64,000 bases of DNA from Puniceicoccaceae bacterium (GTDB lineage: Bacteria > Verrucomicrobiota > Verrucomicrobiia > Opitutales > Oceanipulchritudinaceae). The stretch's first letter is position 1. Every line of letters begins with the position of its first letter. This document shows, piece by piece, positions 1 to 11,100 of the stretch. The notes beneath the pieces are model-generated. The model did not search any database. It saw nothing but the letters and a program-made list of their open reading frames with translations, and had not been told where the DNA came from. The DNA lies in contig JBFOMH010000005.1 in assembly GCA_040830765.1 (NCBI GenBank), forward strand, positions 128,001 to 192,000, read 5' to 3'. The position numbers and the translations under genes were made by a program.

Positions 1-1417
1 GCTTCAGGGTGAGGTTCTCCTGCTGTTCCTGGGTCAGGTTCATGAGGGCGGCCAACCGGTCCGAGGAGGAGAAGGCGGTCACTAGGTCGTAATAGCCGTG
101 GGTGATGTAGACGCCCATGTGCTCATTGAGGGACATGCCGAAGCGCAAATCGTCGACGGCCCCGAACTGGCTCTGCAGGGCGTGCTGCTGCTCGTCATTT
201 TTCCAGGCCGTATTGACCTGCATGCTGAGAAGCTCGTAATCGCGCTCCGTCTCCAGTCCGACATTGCGTCGCAACTGGGTGTTGATGGCGGAGGCGAAGA
301 CCCGTTCAAGAATGTGCAGCGTCGGGTCCGGGGCATCCAGCTCGTCCTTCTCGGTAAAGGGATCCGTGACGGCGATCGAGGCGTCATAGAGGCCAAGGAA
401 CTTGCCCTGTTCGCGAAGCAGGTTCTTCACGAAATAAACAATATCGATGCGCCCGCCCTTCTGTTGCACGGTCGACCTTGGCAGACCGATGTAATCCGCC
501 AATGTATTGAAAATCTGACGACGTTTCTGTTCACCCACCATTCCGCCGACTGCCAATACCGGCATCAGTTGGTTGTAGGCAAAATCGCGTGCGCGGTGGG
601 CATACTCAAGATGGTCTTCCCCATCTTTCGCCTTCCGCGCCACTCCATGACTCAAGGCCGCGGCCGCCATGGTCGGGATGATGTCGACCCAGGGAAGCAC
701 ATTGTAGTTGCTGCCGTCGAGGAGACTGAAATCGAGTGCCGGGGAAATGATGATAGCACCGGCCAGACCGACCCCGAAGTCCTTCTGCAGGAGCTTGGTC
801 AGCTTGCCAACCCGGTAACCCCCGTAGCTCTCCCCGGCAATAAAGACCGGGCTTTCCCATCGGTGATGGGTCGAGAGCCAGGTACGGGCAAATTCACCTA
901 TGGACTCCAGGTCCCGCTTGATGCGCCAATACTCGGAAGGTTGTTTCTTCTCCTCCCCTGCCCCTTTGGCCGCCTTGTCATCCTTGGGCTTGTCCTCCTC
1001 AATCATCCGGCTCAATCCAGTCCCTATGGGATCAACAAATACCAGGTCCGTGAAGGCCAGCCAGGTCTCGTGATTGTCCGCCACCTTATGGGGGGGCGGC
1101 AAGGGCATCCCCTTGTCATCCAGGTCGACCCGCTTGGGCCCCATCGCTCCCATGTGGAGGTAGACCGAGGATGCACCGGGCCCACCATTAAAGACAAAGG
1201 TCACCGGCCTATGGCCCTCCCCCGGAACGGTGTAGGCGGTGGAAAACATCTCCGCCTTCGGCTTGTCGTCCTTGCGCAGGACAATCCACTGCGTCTCCGC
1301 CTGGTAGTTCAGCCCCTGCCCATCCAGCTCAATCGTAAAATCGGCCTTGCTGCCCTCCGGGGCCTTGTATTTCGGTGCTTTATCAGCGCTTTTTCCCTCA
1401 TCCTTTTGTTCACTCAT
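1..1417 (-). CDS. Peptidase S10 family serine carboxypeptidase (3' end runs off the window)
   Basis: Not in the ORF track; translated by hand from the ATG at 1417: MSEQKDEGKS...RPVTFVFNGGPGASSVYLHMGAMGPKRV...PVFIAGESYGGYRVGKL...YITHGYYDLVT. NGGPG, the nucleophile motif GESYGG and GYYDL are typical of S10. Confidence 0.9.
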   Translation of the reverse strand, partial: MSEQKDEGKSADKAPKYKAPEGSKADFTIELDGQGLNYQAETQWIVLRKDDKPKAEMFSTAYTVPGEGHRPVTFVFNGGPGASSVYLHMGAMGPKRVDLDDKGMPLPPPHKVADNHETWLAFTDLVFVDPIGTGLSRMIEEDKPKDDKAAKGAGEEKKQPSEYWRIKRDLESIGEFARTWLSTHHRWESPVFIAGESYGGYRVGKLTKLLQKDFGVGLAGAIIISPALDFSLLDGSNYNVLPWVDIIPTMAAAALSHGVARKAKDGEDHLEYAHRARDFAYNQLMPVLAVGGMVGEQKRRQIFNTLADYIGLPRSTVQQKGGRIDIVYFVKNLLREQGKFLGLYDASIAVTDPFTEKDELDAPDPTLHILERVFASAINTQLRRNVGLETERDYELLSMQVNTAWKNDEQQHALQSQFGAVDDLRFGMSLNEHMGVYITHGYYDLVTAFSSSDRLAALMNLTQEQQENLTLK

Positions 1418-1545
1418 ACCCGTCTTATGTATCGATCCGGGAGAAAGTCGCAAGCCACCTCGGTTCTTTGTTTGTTAAGTAAGAAAGTTTCCTTGCTTAA
1501 CATTTTAATATCGACTTTTAAGTAAAATTCCTGCAGACTGCCTCT

Positions 1546-2181
1546 ATGAAGGCACATACCCCACCCACATTACGGTCCCGGCTGGCAACTCCATTCCTGA
1601 CCGGACTCAGCGTTGTGGCCCTGCTCCTGGTGGCCATTCCCATTACCCAGTACCTGACGGCGGACAAGGAACCCCCGAAGCCGCCCCAGGACCCGGATGT
1701 TATCCACCCGCCTGACATCGTCGAGCAACCCCCGGACCCGCCGGATCCCGAGCCGGACCCGATCGATGACCTCGAGGAGGAACGCCTCCGACCGGACATC
1801 ACCATGATGGAAAGCATGCTCGGGGATATTGATCCCTCGAGTCTGGTCAATTACGGTCCCGTCACCCTGCCGGGCGGTGAATGGGAAAACCCCTTCGTGG
1901 ACATCGAGGACCTGACGGTCCCGCCAAAGCCCATCCGGCAACAGGCGCCCAATTATCCACCCGATGCGAAGCGGATGAACATCAATGGTGAGGTCTGGAT
2001 CCAGTTCCTGGTAACACCGGAGGGACGAACCAAGTCGATCCAGATTCTTCAGTCCAGCAATCCGCTCTTCAACGAGTACACCATTTCGGCCGTCCGCAAG
2101 TGGCTCTTCACACCGGGTGAAAAGGACGGGCGTGTGGTGACGACCCGTGTGCGGATCAATATCCCATTCAAGGTGCGCTAG
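1546..2181 (+). CDS. tonB: Energy transducer TonB family protein
   Basis: N-terminal TM helix, Pro/acidic linker (PPDPPDPEPDP) and a TonB C-terminal domain (PNYPPDAKRMNINGEVWIQFLVTPEG...AVRKWLFTPGEKDGRVV). Confidence 0.88.
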   Translation: MKAHTPPTLRSRLATPFLTGLSVVALLLVAIPITQYLTADKEPPKPPQDPDVIHPPDIVEQPPDPPDPEPDPIDDLEEERLRPDITMMESMLGDIDPSSLVNYGPVTLPGGEWENPFVDIEDLTVPPKPIRQQAPNYPPDAKRMNINGEVWIQFLVTPEGRTKSIQILQSSNPLFNEYTISAVRKWLFTPGEKDGRVVTTRVRINIPFKVR

Positions 2182-5100
2182 AGTCAGGGAAAGGATCCGT
2201 GTCCCAATGATGGGAAGTCAACCGGGTTCCGGCCTCAAGGGACTCACTCATGAAGGCGTGATCCGGATCATCGTGGCCCAAACCCAGGATATGTCCCAAT
2301 TCATGGGTAATGACCGTGTAGAGATCCATTAATCCGGAGGCCTCACTGGAGCTGTCAGCTATCCATACATCGGGGTCTGAGGACTGGATAAATTCACTGT
2401 TATCGTCTGGCGTTGAATCCAGAAACCAGCCCCACCCGGCAGCATCGGAATCAATGGTAACCGTTTGCCCACTGGTTACGCCGAGCATTCTCCCGTCCAA
2501 GTCGGCAACCTGGAACCTGACGGATCCGATGAGGATCTCTTGATACGCGCTAAGCTTTCCGGATTCCATCCAAGAAGCAACAACCGCATCCACAAAGCGG
2601 TCCAAATCCTCTTGCTCCAATGGATTAGAAGCATGGTCAGCCGGAGCGGTTGAAGCAGCAAGCATGGCCGCGCTTTCTTCAATTACCATTGACCAGTCAT
2701 CAAGGGTACCGGAATTTCGCCGTTTGTCATCGGACACCTCAAGGGTCCATGTGCCGGTAACAACTTTTCCTTCAAAGGCTGACAAATCGCCCTCGGGGCG
2801 GAAGGATCCAGTAAAGGGTGCCGAACCATCAACAATCGATACGCCAGCCTCATCATCCAACTCGGTATTGGTGAAGTTGTCGTTATTGCCCCCTACATCG
2901 GTGAACAACTCCACCCGGGTCCCGTCAGGGGCAATGAGGAAGACATCCAGGTCCTGGGCAGCAGCATGGGAAATATTGAGGATTACATTGAGATCATGAA
3001 TGCTGTAGGTGTCGGATATCTCAATGGTCGAGGTGACCGTCTTCATGTCGCGGATATTCGTTCCCGGACTTGCCGAGTACGTGTGGCTTGGATTGGGTTG
3101 TTGGACACTGATAGCTGACGCAGCGGTGGAATACTCACCATTTCCATCACTGACCGTGTAGGTAAATCCATCCACACCGGTAAAGCCAAGAACAGGAGTG
3201 TAGGTAAGCGTCCCGTCGCCATTATTGACCAAGGTTCCAGCGGACGGCTGGGAGAAGCTGGCTAGGTAGAGGGTGTCGCCGTCTACATCCGAGTCGTTCG
3301 CCAAAAGGTCAGCAATCGGGATTATTAATTGCTGGTCCTTGAGTGCCTGCAGCATATCATCGGTGGCCACCGGGGCATCATTGACGCCTGCGACACTGAT
3401 TCCGACCACCGCCGAACCGGTTCCACCATTTCCATCAGAAACGGTATAATTGAAACTATCCAGGCCGGCGAAGTCAGCATCCGGGATATACGTCCAAGTG
3501 CCATCACCATTATCGACCAATGTGCCGTTTTGAGGCTGTGAAAGCCCGGTAATGACCAAGGTGTCACCATCATTGTCGGTATCATTGGCCAGCAAGTCGG
3601 CCTCGGAAATGACGATGCTCTGATCCTCAATCGCAGCATAGGCATCCCCGTTTGGTGAGGGATCGGTATTGGTGTTGTCTCCCTCATAGGCAGGATCGTT
3701 CGTCATCACGGTGAGGTCATCAAATGTGGCGAAAGTCGATCCGGTCAGGAGTCCAATGTCACCATCCATCAAGGGGGCATTGAAGGCGAAACCAAGGACC
3801 GTCTGTCCGTCCACGACAACACTGACGCCAAGACCATCCATTGTTACTTCAAGTTGATAGGATTGACCGGCATTTAACTCGAACGGTGTCGATGCATCGA
3901 TGACCCAGCCACTCCGTTTCGTGTAGTGACCGATGAGCACCTCATCCGTTTCCACTGATAGGGCAGCAAACTTGAAGTCGTTATCATCATAGCGGTCAAA
4001 GACTAGACCGGCCATGGAGTCGGTACTGACAAGGAATCTTGTCCGGGCGAGGTAGGCCAGGTCCACATCGAGATCAATCTGCTGGAACGCCCTGTCGGCA
4101 CCGGCTTCAGGAGAGCCGGACAGGGTACCGCCGGAAATGAGCCAGTCACCCACAGACTCACCGGTAAGTCTTGGTGCCAATCCATCGTCGAAGAATTCCG
4201 TCTCCTCAAGAGTCAGTTCCGGCGGCAGGATCTGGACCGCGACATTATCGATCCGGGCGATGGAATTGTCCGCCCCGATGCCGACGAGGCCTTCATTGAG
4301 TCCGTGGCTGAATCCATATTCATCAATCCGTGGTGCAAAAGCGTGCGTAAAGACTTCGGTGTTGTTGACCACCAGTGTGGCGACAGTTCCATTGATAGCC
4401 AGGAGCAGGCGGTAGTCCTTGTTCGGCCTCAACTGGGCATTGTCCTGCTCGACTACATGCCAGCCCGTCTCGTCGCGATAACCCATCTGGAGCTTGTCGA
4501 TGGAGATATTGACACCGGCAAACTTGAAGTCGGTCGGGCTCTGGTAATCAAAGATGAGGAAAGCGTTCGAATCCAGACCAGCTGTCGGCTTACCGGCATT
4601 GATAGTGGCCTTCATCTCGAAGTAGGTGGGTAACCACTCATCGACATAGAAGACGCTGGCGGCATCGCCACCGAGAACATTCGGTGCCACTTCCATGCGT
4701 CCGCTGTCGACGTTCCAGATACCGCTATCGATGAAGAAGCCCTGTGCCTGACCACCATTGAAGTCAGCCGTGCGAAGAACATCCCGTGCGCCTCCAGGAA
4801 TGTTGCCCGGTTGAGGATCGGTGGGCCCACCCGTCTGGTCCTGCCATAGACCGTGATCGCGCTGGATGATGAGGCCCAACTCACCGTCAGGTTCCCCATT
4901 GCGCTCGGCGGCGTTACCGGTATCGGTATCACGGGTCGGGTCTGCACCCTGGCTGGCGGAGAGGGCATAGAGGAAATCAAAGAGCTGTGGCGGTACCTGT
5001 CGGCTGACCGTGGCAATCCCGAAGGGCGAGAAGGGAACAATATAGCTGTTGAATTCACCGACCCAGTCGATAAGGCGGTCGCCACCGGTGTTGCCGATCA

Positions 5101-8100
5101 GGATATCCAATCCGGCGCCGCCATAGACGCGGTCTTCATAGACCGGATGGGAATCAGTGGTGTCATTGAGCCCGCCGTTTGTGGTCAGGACATCATCTGC
5201 ATTGGAGAGGTCGTTGCCCCAACCACCGTAAATAGTGTCACGGCCGGTGCCCCCAACCTGCCAGTCATTGCCGAGGTCACCAAACATGACGTCATTACCG
5301 TCATTGTTACGATTAGCAAAGTCAATCGGGGTCCCATTGGGCTCGAAGGCGATTGCGCCATATTCCAACGGGCCCTCATTATCGACCAGGTTGAGGAAGT
5401 ACTGGTACGGGAACAGGGCAGCGCTGAGGTCCTTCCAGACATCGCCGTCAACATTGAACTGGATAATCCGGCGCGGATCATATTCATCGTAGAGGAAGAA
5501 CTCACCGAGACGGCTTTGGATTGGTTTCGGTGCATTCCATGGATCAGTGTCGTCACCAAACTTGAGGATATCGCCCGGATTCCATGGGCGCGTGAAGTCG
5601 GTCCGGACCAGCCCGTCAACTACACCGAGTTCATTGAAGCGCTGAGTGTAGGATTCCGGCAAGGCCTCACCACCGGCAATGGCATCATCCCCGGACGCAC
5701 CGTGCAGGAAGTCATCACCAAGGCCGCCAAAGATGATGTCATCGGCAACATTGGCGTCAAAGAGCGGATCATCGGCCCCTTGATCATTCGGGCGCAAGTT
5801 GAATGGAGTGATATCGACCGCCTTGTTGAGAGCACCACTCGGGTTCAAGGTGGCTGTCTGAACCTGACCCGGCGTGTAGACGTACTCGTCAATCACGTTG
5901 CCATGGATAACCTGCGGACGCCGCGGTTCTGGATCTTCAGCCAGGAGGAAGAAGATACCGAAGAGCGGTTCACTGAAGAAGTCGATGTCCCCGGCAGTGT
6001 TGCGGCTGGTGAAGATGCGGCCGTCGTCACCAATGACGCCGTCCTGGCCGGTGCCGCCGGAAATCCAATCATTACCCCAGCCGCCGACGATGTCGTCGTC
6101 ATCGGCATCGCCAAAGACGCGATCATGTCCACCAGCAACATAAATTGTATCATCGCCCGGACCACCGTGGACCTCGTCGTGGCCACCTATGTCAACGCGT
6201 GTCCAGAGGTCAAATTCCTGACGGAAGCCGGAAGCCTGACCCAGGTTCTCGAGGCTGAAGTTGTCGGGCCGGAAGTCGGGTCCACCGGCCGTGTAGTCGA
6301 TCAAGTGAACGCCACGGACAACAATCTTAAGTTGGTCAGCGAGGTCGAGGTTGTCCGTGTATTGGTCGTAGTTGAAGGACAACCACAGCGGGTTCGCCAA
6401 GTCGACGGCTGGATTGATATCCGTGCTGTCGGTACCAACGACACGATGGATATTGCCGTTATCACCGAGAATCGTATCAGCGTCACGGGCATGGCGTTGT
6501 TCTTCCAACGTACCATCAGTTGGCAGGTCTTCGTCATTCCGGTCAACCTGTGTGCCGGCACCACCGAAGAGGTAATCATCGCCATCCGGCCGCATGTCGC
6601 GATCGGTAAGGCTGAAGAAGTTGGAACTGCCACCAACGATGTCATCCTGGCCAAGGTTTCCGAAGATGATGTCGTTGCCACCGCCGCCTTCGATGTAGTC
6701 ATCGCCATCCGAGGCAGCTTCGAATGAGGCAACCACACTCAGCGGGCCGATTGGATCGTCCACCACACCTGGATCCGTTGATGGAACCGGCGTACGGGAA
6801 GCACCGACATGGGACTGAGCGGCAAAGGCCAGTTCAATGCCGCCGTCACCCTGGATGATATCGTCACCAAGCTGACCGAATATCTGGTCATGGTCCGCAC
6901 CACCGGCAATGTAGTCGTTGCCGAAGCTGCCGACGCCAACCAACGTTTCAAAGTCTTCATCCGTACTCGGATCAATGGCGAAAGTGTGCAGGGTACTGTA
7001 GTCGATCAGGTATTCGGCCCACCAGGCGATACCATCCGGATCCCTGTAGTTGCGCCAGATGCCATCAATAAGCAATTCGCCGCTGTCGTCGGCGGATGGC
7101 GGACTGCCGGCATCGGGATGACCCGCTGGCAGATCGAAGTCCGAGCGGCTGTAGAGGAGCTGGCCGAGGAGCGTCTGGAAGCGCGGATTGGTGACATCGT
7201 CGTAAATGTTGCCATCGGCCGGGTTAAGCCCACCGAGGTCGCGCCGTGCCATGAAGACATTGTCACCGAAGATGATGTCACCCTGCTCATCACCATCGAG
7301 CATGTCATTGCCGGTACCACCAATGATCACATCACGGCCAGGACCGCCGAAGACAACATCGTCATCGCCGTTCTGCAATTCAGCGGAGTTAATAAAGAGG
7401 ACCGAATCGAGTTCAGTGGTCTGAATCTTCTGCAGCAGGGCATCCGGCAGGTTCGGATCGGTGACGTACTGGACGATCTCGCCGTGGTCGGCAAAGATGA
7501 TGTCCGTGAAGTCACTCGAGGGGCCTTCGCTGGAACCGGGACCATCCCCATAGATGATGTCACGTCCTGCCAACAGGTCATCTCGTACCGGCGACGGTAC
7601 CGGAGCGAGGGTTGTTCCGTTTGTGAATAGGGCCGGATCAATCGTCGGACGCGGACTGTTGTCGACCGTCGGAATCGTCAGGCCGCGGGTGAGGATGTTC
7701 ACGTTCACACCGGAGTCGCCATAGATGTGGTCGGTGCCGCGCTGACCCAGAATCGTGTCGTTGCCTGAACCACCGGCGAGGTGGTCACCGGACTGGCTAC
7801 CAATGATGAGGTCATCGCCAACACCACCATAGGCAGTGAATCCAACTGACGGCAGGTCACCACCAGAGAGCCCACTGAAGAGATTGGATGCATCAATGAT
7901 GTCATTGCCTGCATACTTATACGGATTAGCCAGCGGGAAGACCCATTCGTCGTCCTCGTTTTCTCCATCCGGCAATTCCGGGAATGGATCAAACGGCTTT
8001 TCACCAAATTCGTAGCCCAGCACATCGTACGGATGTCCGCTGTACCAGACGCCATCCTGGGATGTGTCACCATAGACTACCAATGGGGAATCGGGCCCAG

Positions 8101-11100
8101 CACCGCCGTTGATGATAATGTGGTCACCACCGATGCGAACGCCGCCATCATAGTCCGGATCGAATCCGAAGACGGTCAGCTCAACACCGGCGACTGGAGT
8201 CAAGGCAACGCCCAGCAGTTCCATCACCTCGCCGGAATCACCAGAGAATGCGCTAATGGTGTACGGACCGGCCATGCCGGATATCCAGACCTGCTGCCCA
8301 ATGGCGAATCCGTCGCTGGTCCATGGGTCTCCGTCGGTCCGCGTGAGGCTTGTGGTCGCGATGTCGACCTGTCCGATAAAGGATTCCCGCAATTCCTCGG
8401 CAACATGGATCACGAGATCAATCGTTCCTGCTGGAATTGCATCACCATCCAGAATGAGGACACTGCCCTCGCCCCAGGTGCCAAAGGCATCCGCTGGGAT
8501 GGCACTACCGTCGGCATTGGCATAACCCAGGATCTCACGCGTGGTCAATTCCGGCAGGCCGTCGACTGACAGCTGGACCTGCTGGCCAGGTTCAAATCCG
8601 TCACTAGCCCAGTCCAGACCATCCAACCGCAGCAGATGGACTTCGCCTTGTTCACCGGATACATCCACTTCGCCATTGAGATCGAGCAGTGCGTTACCAC
8701 CGCCATGGACCACCGTCAGGCCGCCGTGGGGACCGGCAACGGACAAGGTCAGTTCCTCGCCCGTCAAGGTCTGTATGGCCGGGCCTTCCAATACTAGAGT
8801 CAGCCCGCCGTTGGTAATATCAAGGAGGCGCCACTCGCCGTTTATCAAAGTGCTCTCGATCTTGACCAGATGGCCGACGAGGAATCCGTCATCTTCCCAG
8901 TTGCCAGTTCCCCGGGTCACCATTCCACCAGTGGCGGTAAAGTTCGTATCAACTTCCAGCGTTACAAGAACCAGGGGATCTTCACCAATGACCGTAATCA
9001 GCTCGCCGTTAAGAACAGGCAAGACGTCACCGCTGAGGTTCTCGAGGACAAGGACGCTGTTGTCATTCGGATCGAGCCCGGCATCGTCGATGGCCACGAT
9101 GGTCCATTCACCGGTGTAGCCGGGGATGGTAACAACCTGACCAATCAGGAAGCCGTTGGCCTTCCAGTCAAATCCGTCGCGGGTAATGGTTCCACCGTCA
9201 AGGCCAGCATTCGGGGAACTGTCGAACGTATTGGTAGCAGAGACTGGCGGTGCCGGATCGAGGGTTCCCTCAATAACGAGGGACTCATTGCCTTCACCGA
9301 GCATCAGGTTAACAACCTCGATGGTGCTTTGGTCCGTATCTGTGGAATAATCGCTACCGTCAAAATTGACACGACCGAAGCTGATACCTCCGGGAACAAC
9401 GGGTGCCTCGCCGAAGACGCCTTCACCAAAGGCAGAGAAGTCGATTTCATCAGCCATCCCAAATCCGGTCAGGGAAGTCTGCGTCATGACACCGGAACGG
9501 TCCATCTGGCTGGAGTCGTTAAAAATGTTCAGCACATCGATCTGCTGTGATTCCGGCGGCTGTTCAGCGACCACTGGCAGGAAGTCATCCGCTTCACCGG
9601 GCAGCTTGAGCCCGTTGCGTACCGTCCGGTCAGCACCGGTTGGCCCACCCTCGACGGCCAACGGACCACGCAGCTTGGAGAGGAGATGCGTCGATACCGG
9701 GAAGACCTTCACGCCTTCGCGCGTGACCGGGACATCATAGAATGGATCCGGCTGCAAGGTGACGGTTTGCTGGGTGTACCAATCGGACGGGGTAAAGGTG
9801 GCTGTCGCCGCAATGCGGTTCACCTCGAGCTGCAACGTTCCAGTCAACCATGCCGGCAGGGCGGTTTCAGCAGTCAGCTCAATCTTTTCATCCTTGGTCG
9901 CGTTATCTCCACGAATGATGGCAATCTTGAAGTCAACATACTCGGACGTATTAGCCGGATTGGTCACCCGGATACGCTGGCCTTCAAGGAAACCGTCGGC
10001 GAGCCAGCTGGAGCCGTCTGTCCGGACCAGGCGTCGGTTCAGGGCGTCTACCTGGATTTCGCCACTATAGAAGCCTTCACGGACAAGTTTGCTGAGCGAG
10101 ACTGTGTCGGGAATCTCAATATCGCTTGCCGGATTGGCTGGAGTGAACCCGGTTGACAGTGTGATCACCTGGTCCGTTACCGTCTCAATGATGTAATCCC
10201 CATCGACGCCAGCGGCTCCCGATCCGGCGACTCGCAGCATCATGCCGGCAGTGAAACCTTCGTTGATGAAGCTGCCGAAGTCCTCGCCGGTTCCACGTGT
10301 CAGGATTCCCTTGCCGCCCGATTGGCCAAATTTGATTGTGCCGAGGAAGAGCTGCGTGGCGCGGATTCCGCCGATAGTATTATAAACGACCGGAGCGCCA
10401 TCGATGGAAATGACATCTGCTAAACCATCGGTCAGGATGGCCACCTGCACGTCAGCGGTCGGCCGCAAAGTGAGGCGGATGAGATAGTCATCAGACGTTG
10501 TTTCATCAAAGAGCGTATCGGGGTCGTCCTTGATCATCAAGGTATTGCCCGCGCTTTCGAGGGAAACCATGCCCGGTGTCTCATTGTCGATGACCTCGAT
10601 GTCGAGGATGACAACCCCGGAACGGAGGTTCGGGAACTGATAACTGCCATCCGGATCAATGGTGGAGGCATCCAGAGCAAATCCGATGGAAGCAATTCCC
10701 GGATCCTCGTTGCGGAAGTCGTCGCGCGCTTTGATGGCAATGCGGACCGGATCATCCCAGTTGTCACTGGTAAAGGTGACGGTCTTGGCAATCGGGTCAA
10801 AGCGTGGATCGCTCTCGAGGTTGAGGAGGCGAATCTGGGCATCGCTGTCATCATCGAGGACCAGCTTGACGACGATGGTTTCACCGATTTCTGGAGCCAT
10901 GGCCAACTGCAGCAATACTTCATCGAGCAGTTGCGTGATGGAGTCGCCTTCAATAACCAGCGACCGGCCATCCTCAATGAATGTTCCCGGCTCGACCTCG
11001 CGGACGAATACACCCGGCGTGTCGTTGTCGCGAACCAGTACCTCGACGTTGCGGACGCGGACGGCATCGAATGCGACATCGTCGGAAATGACACTGTGCT

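Noticed and set aside
98..1525. 475-aa plus-strand ORF
   Set aside because: Antisense shadow of the S10 peptidase, which has clear catalytic motifs on the minus strand; the ORF has no recognisable motifs.
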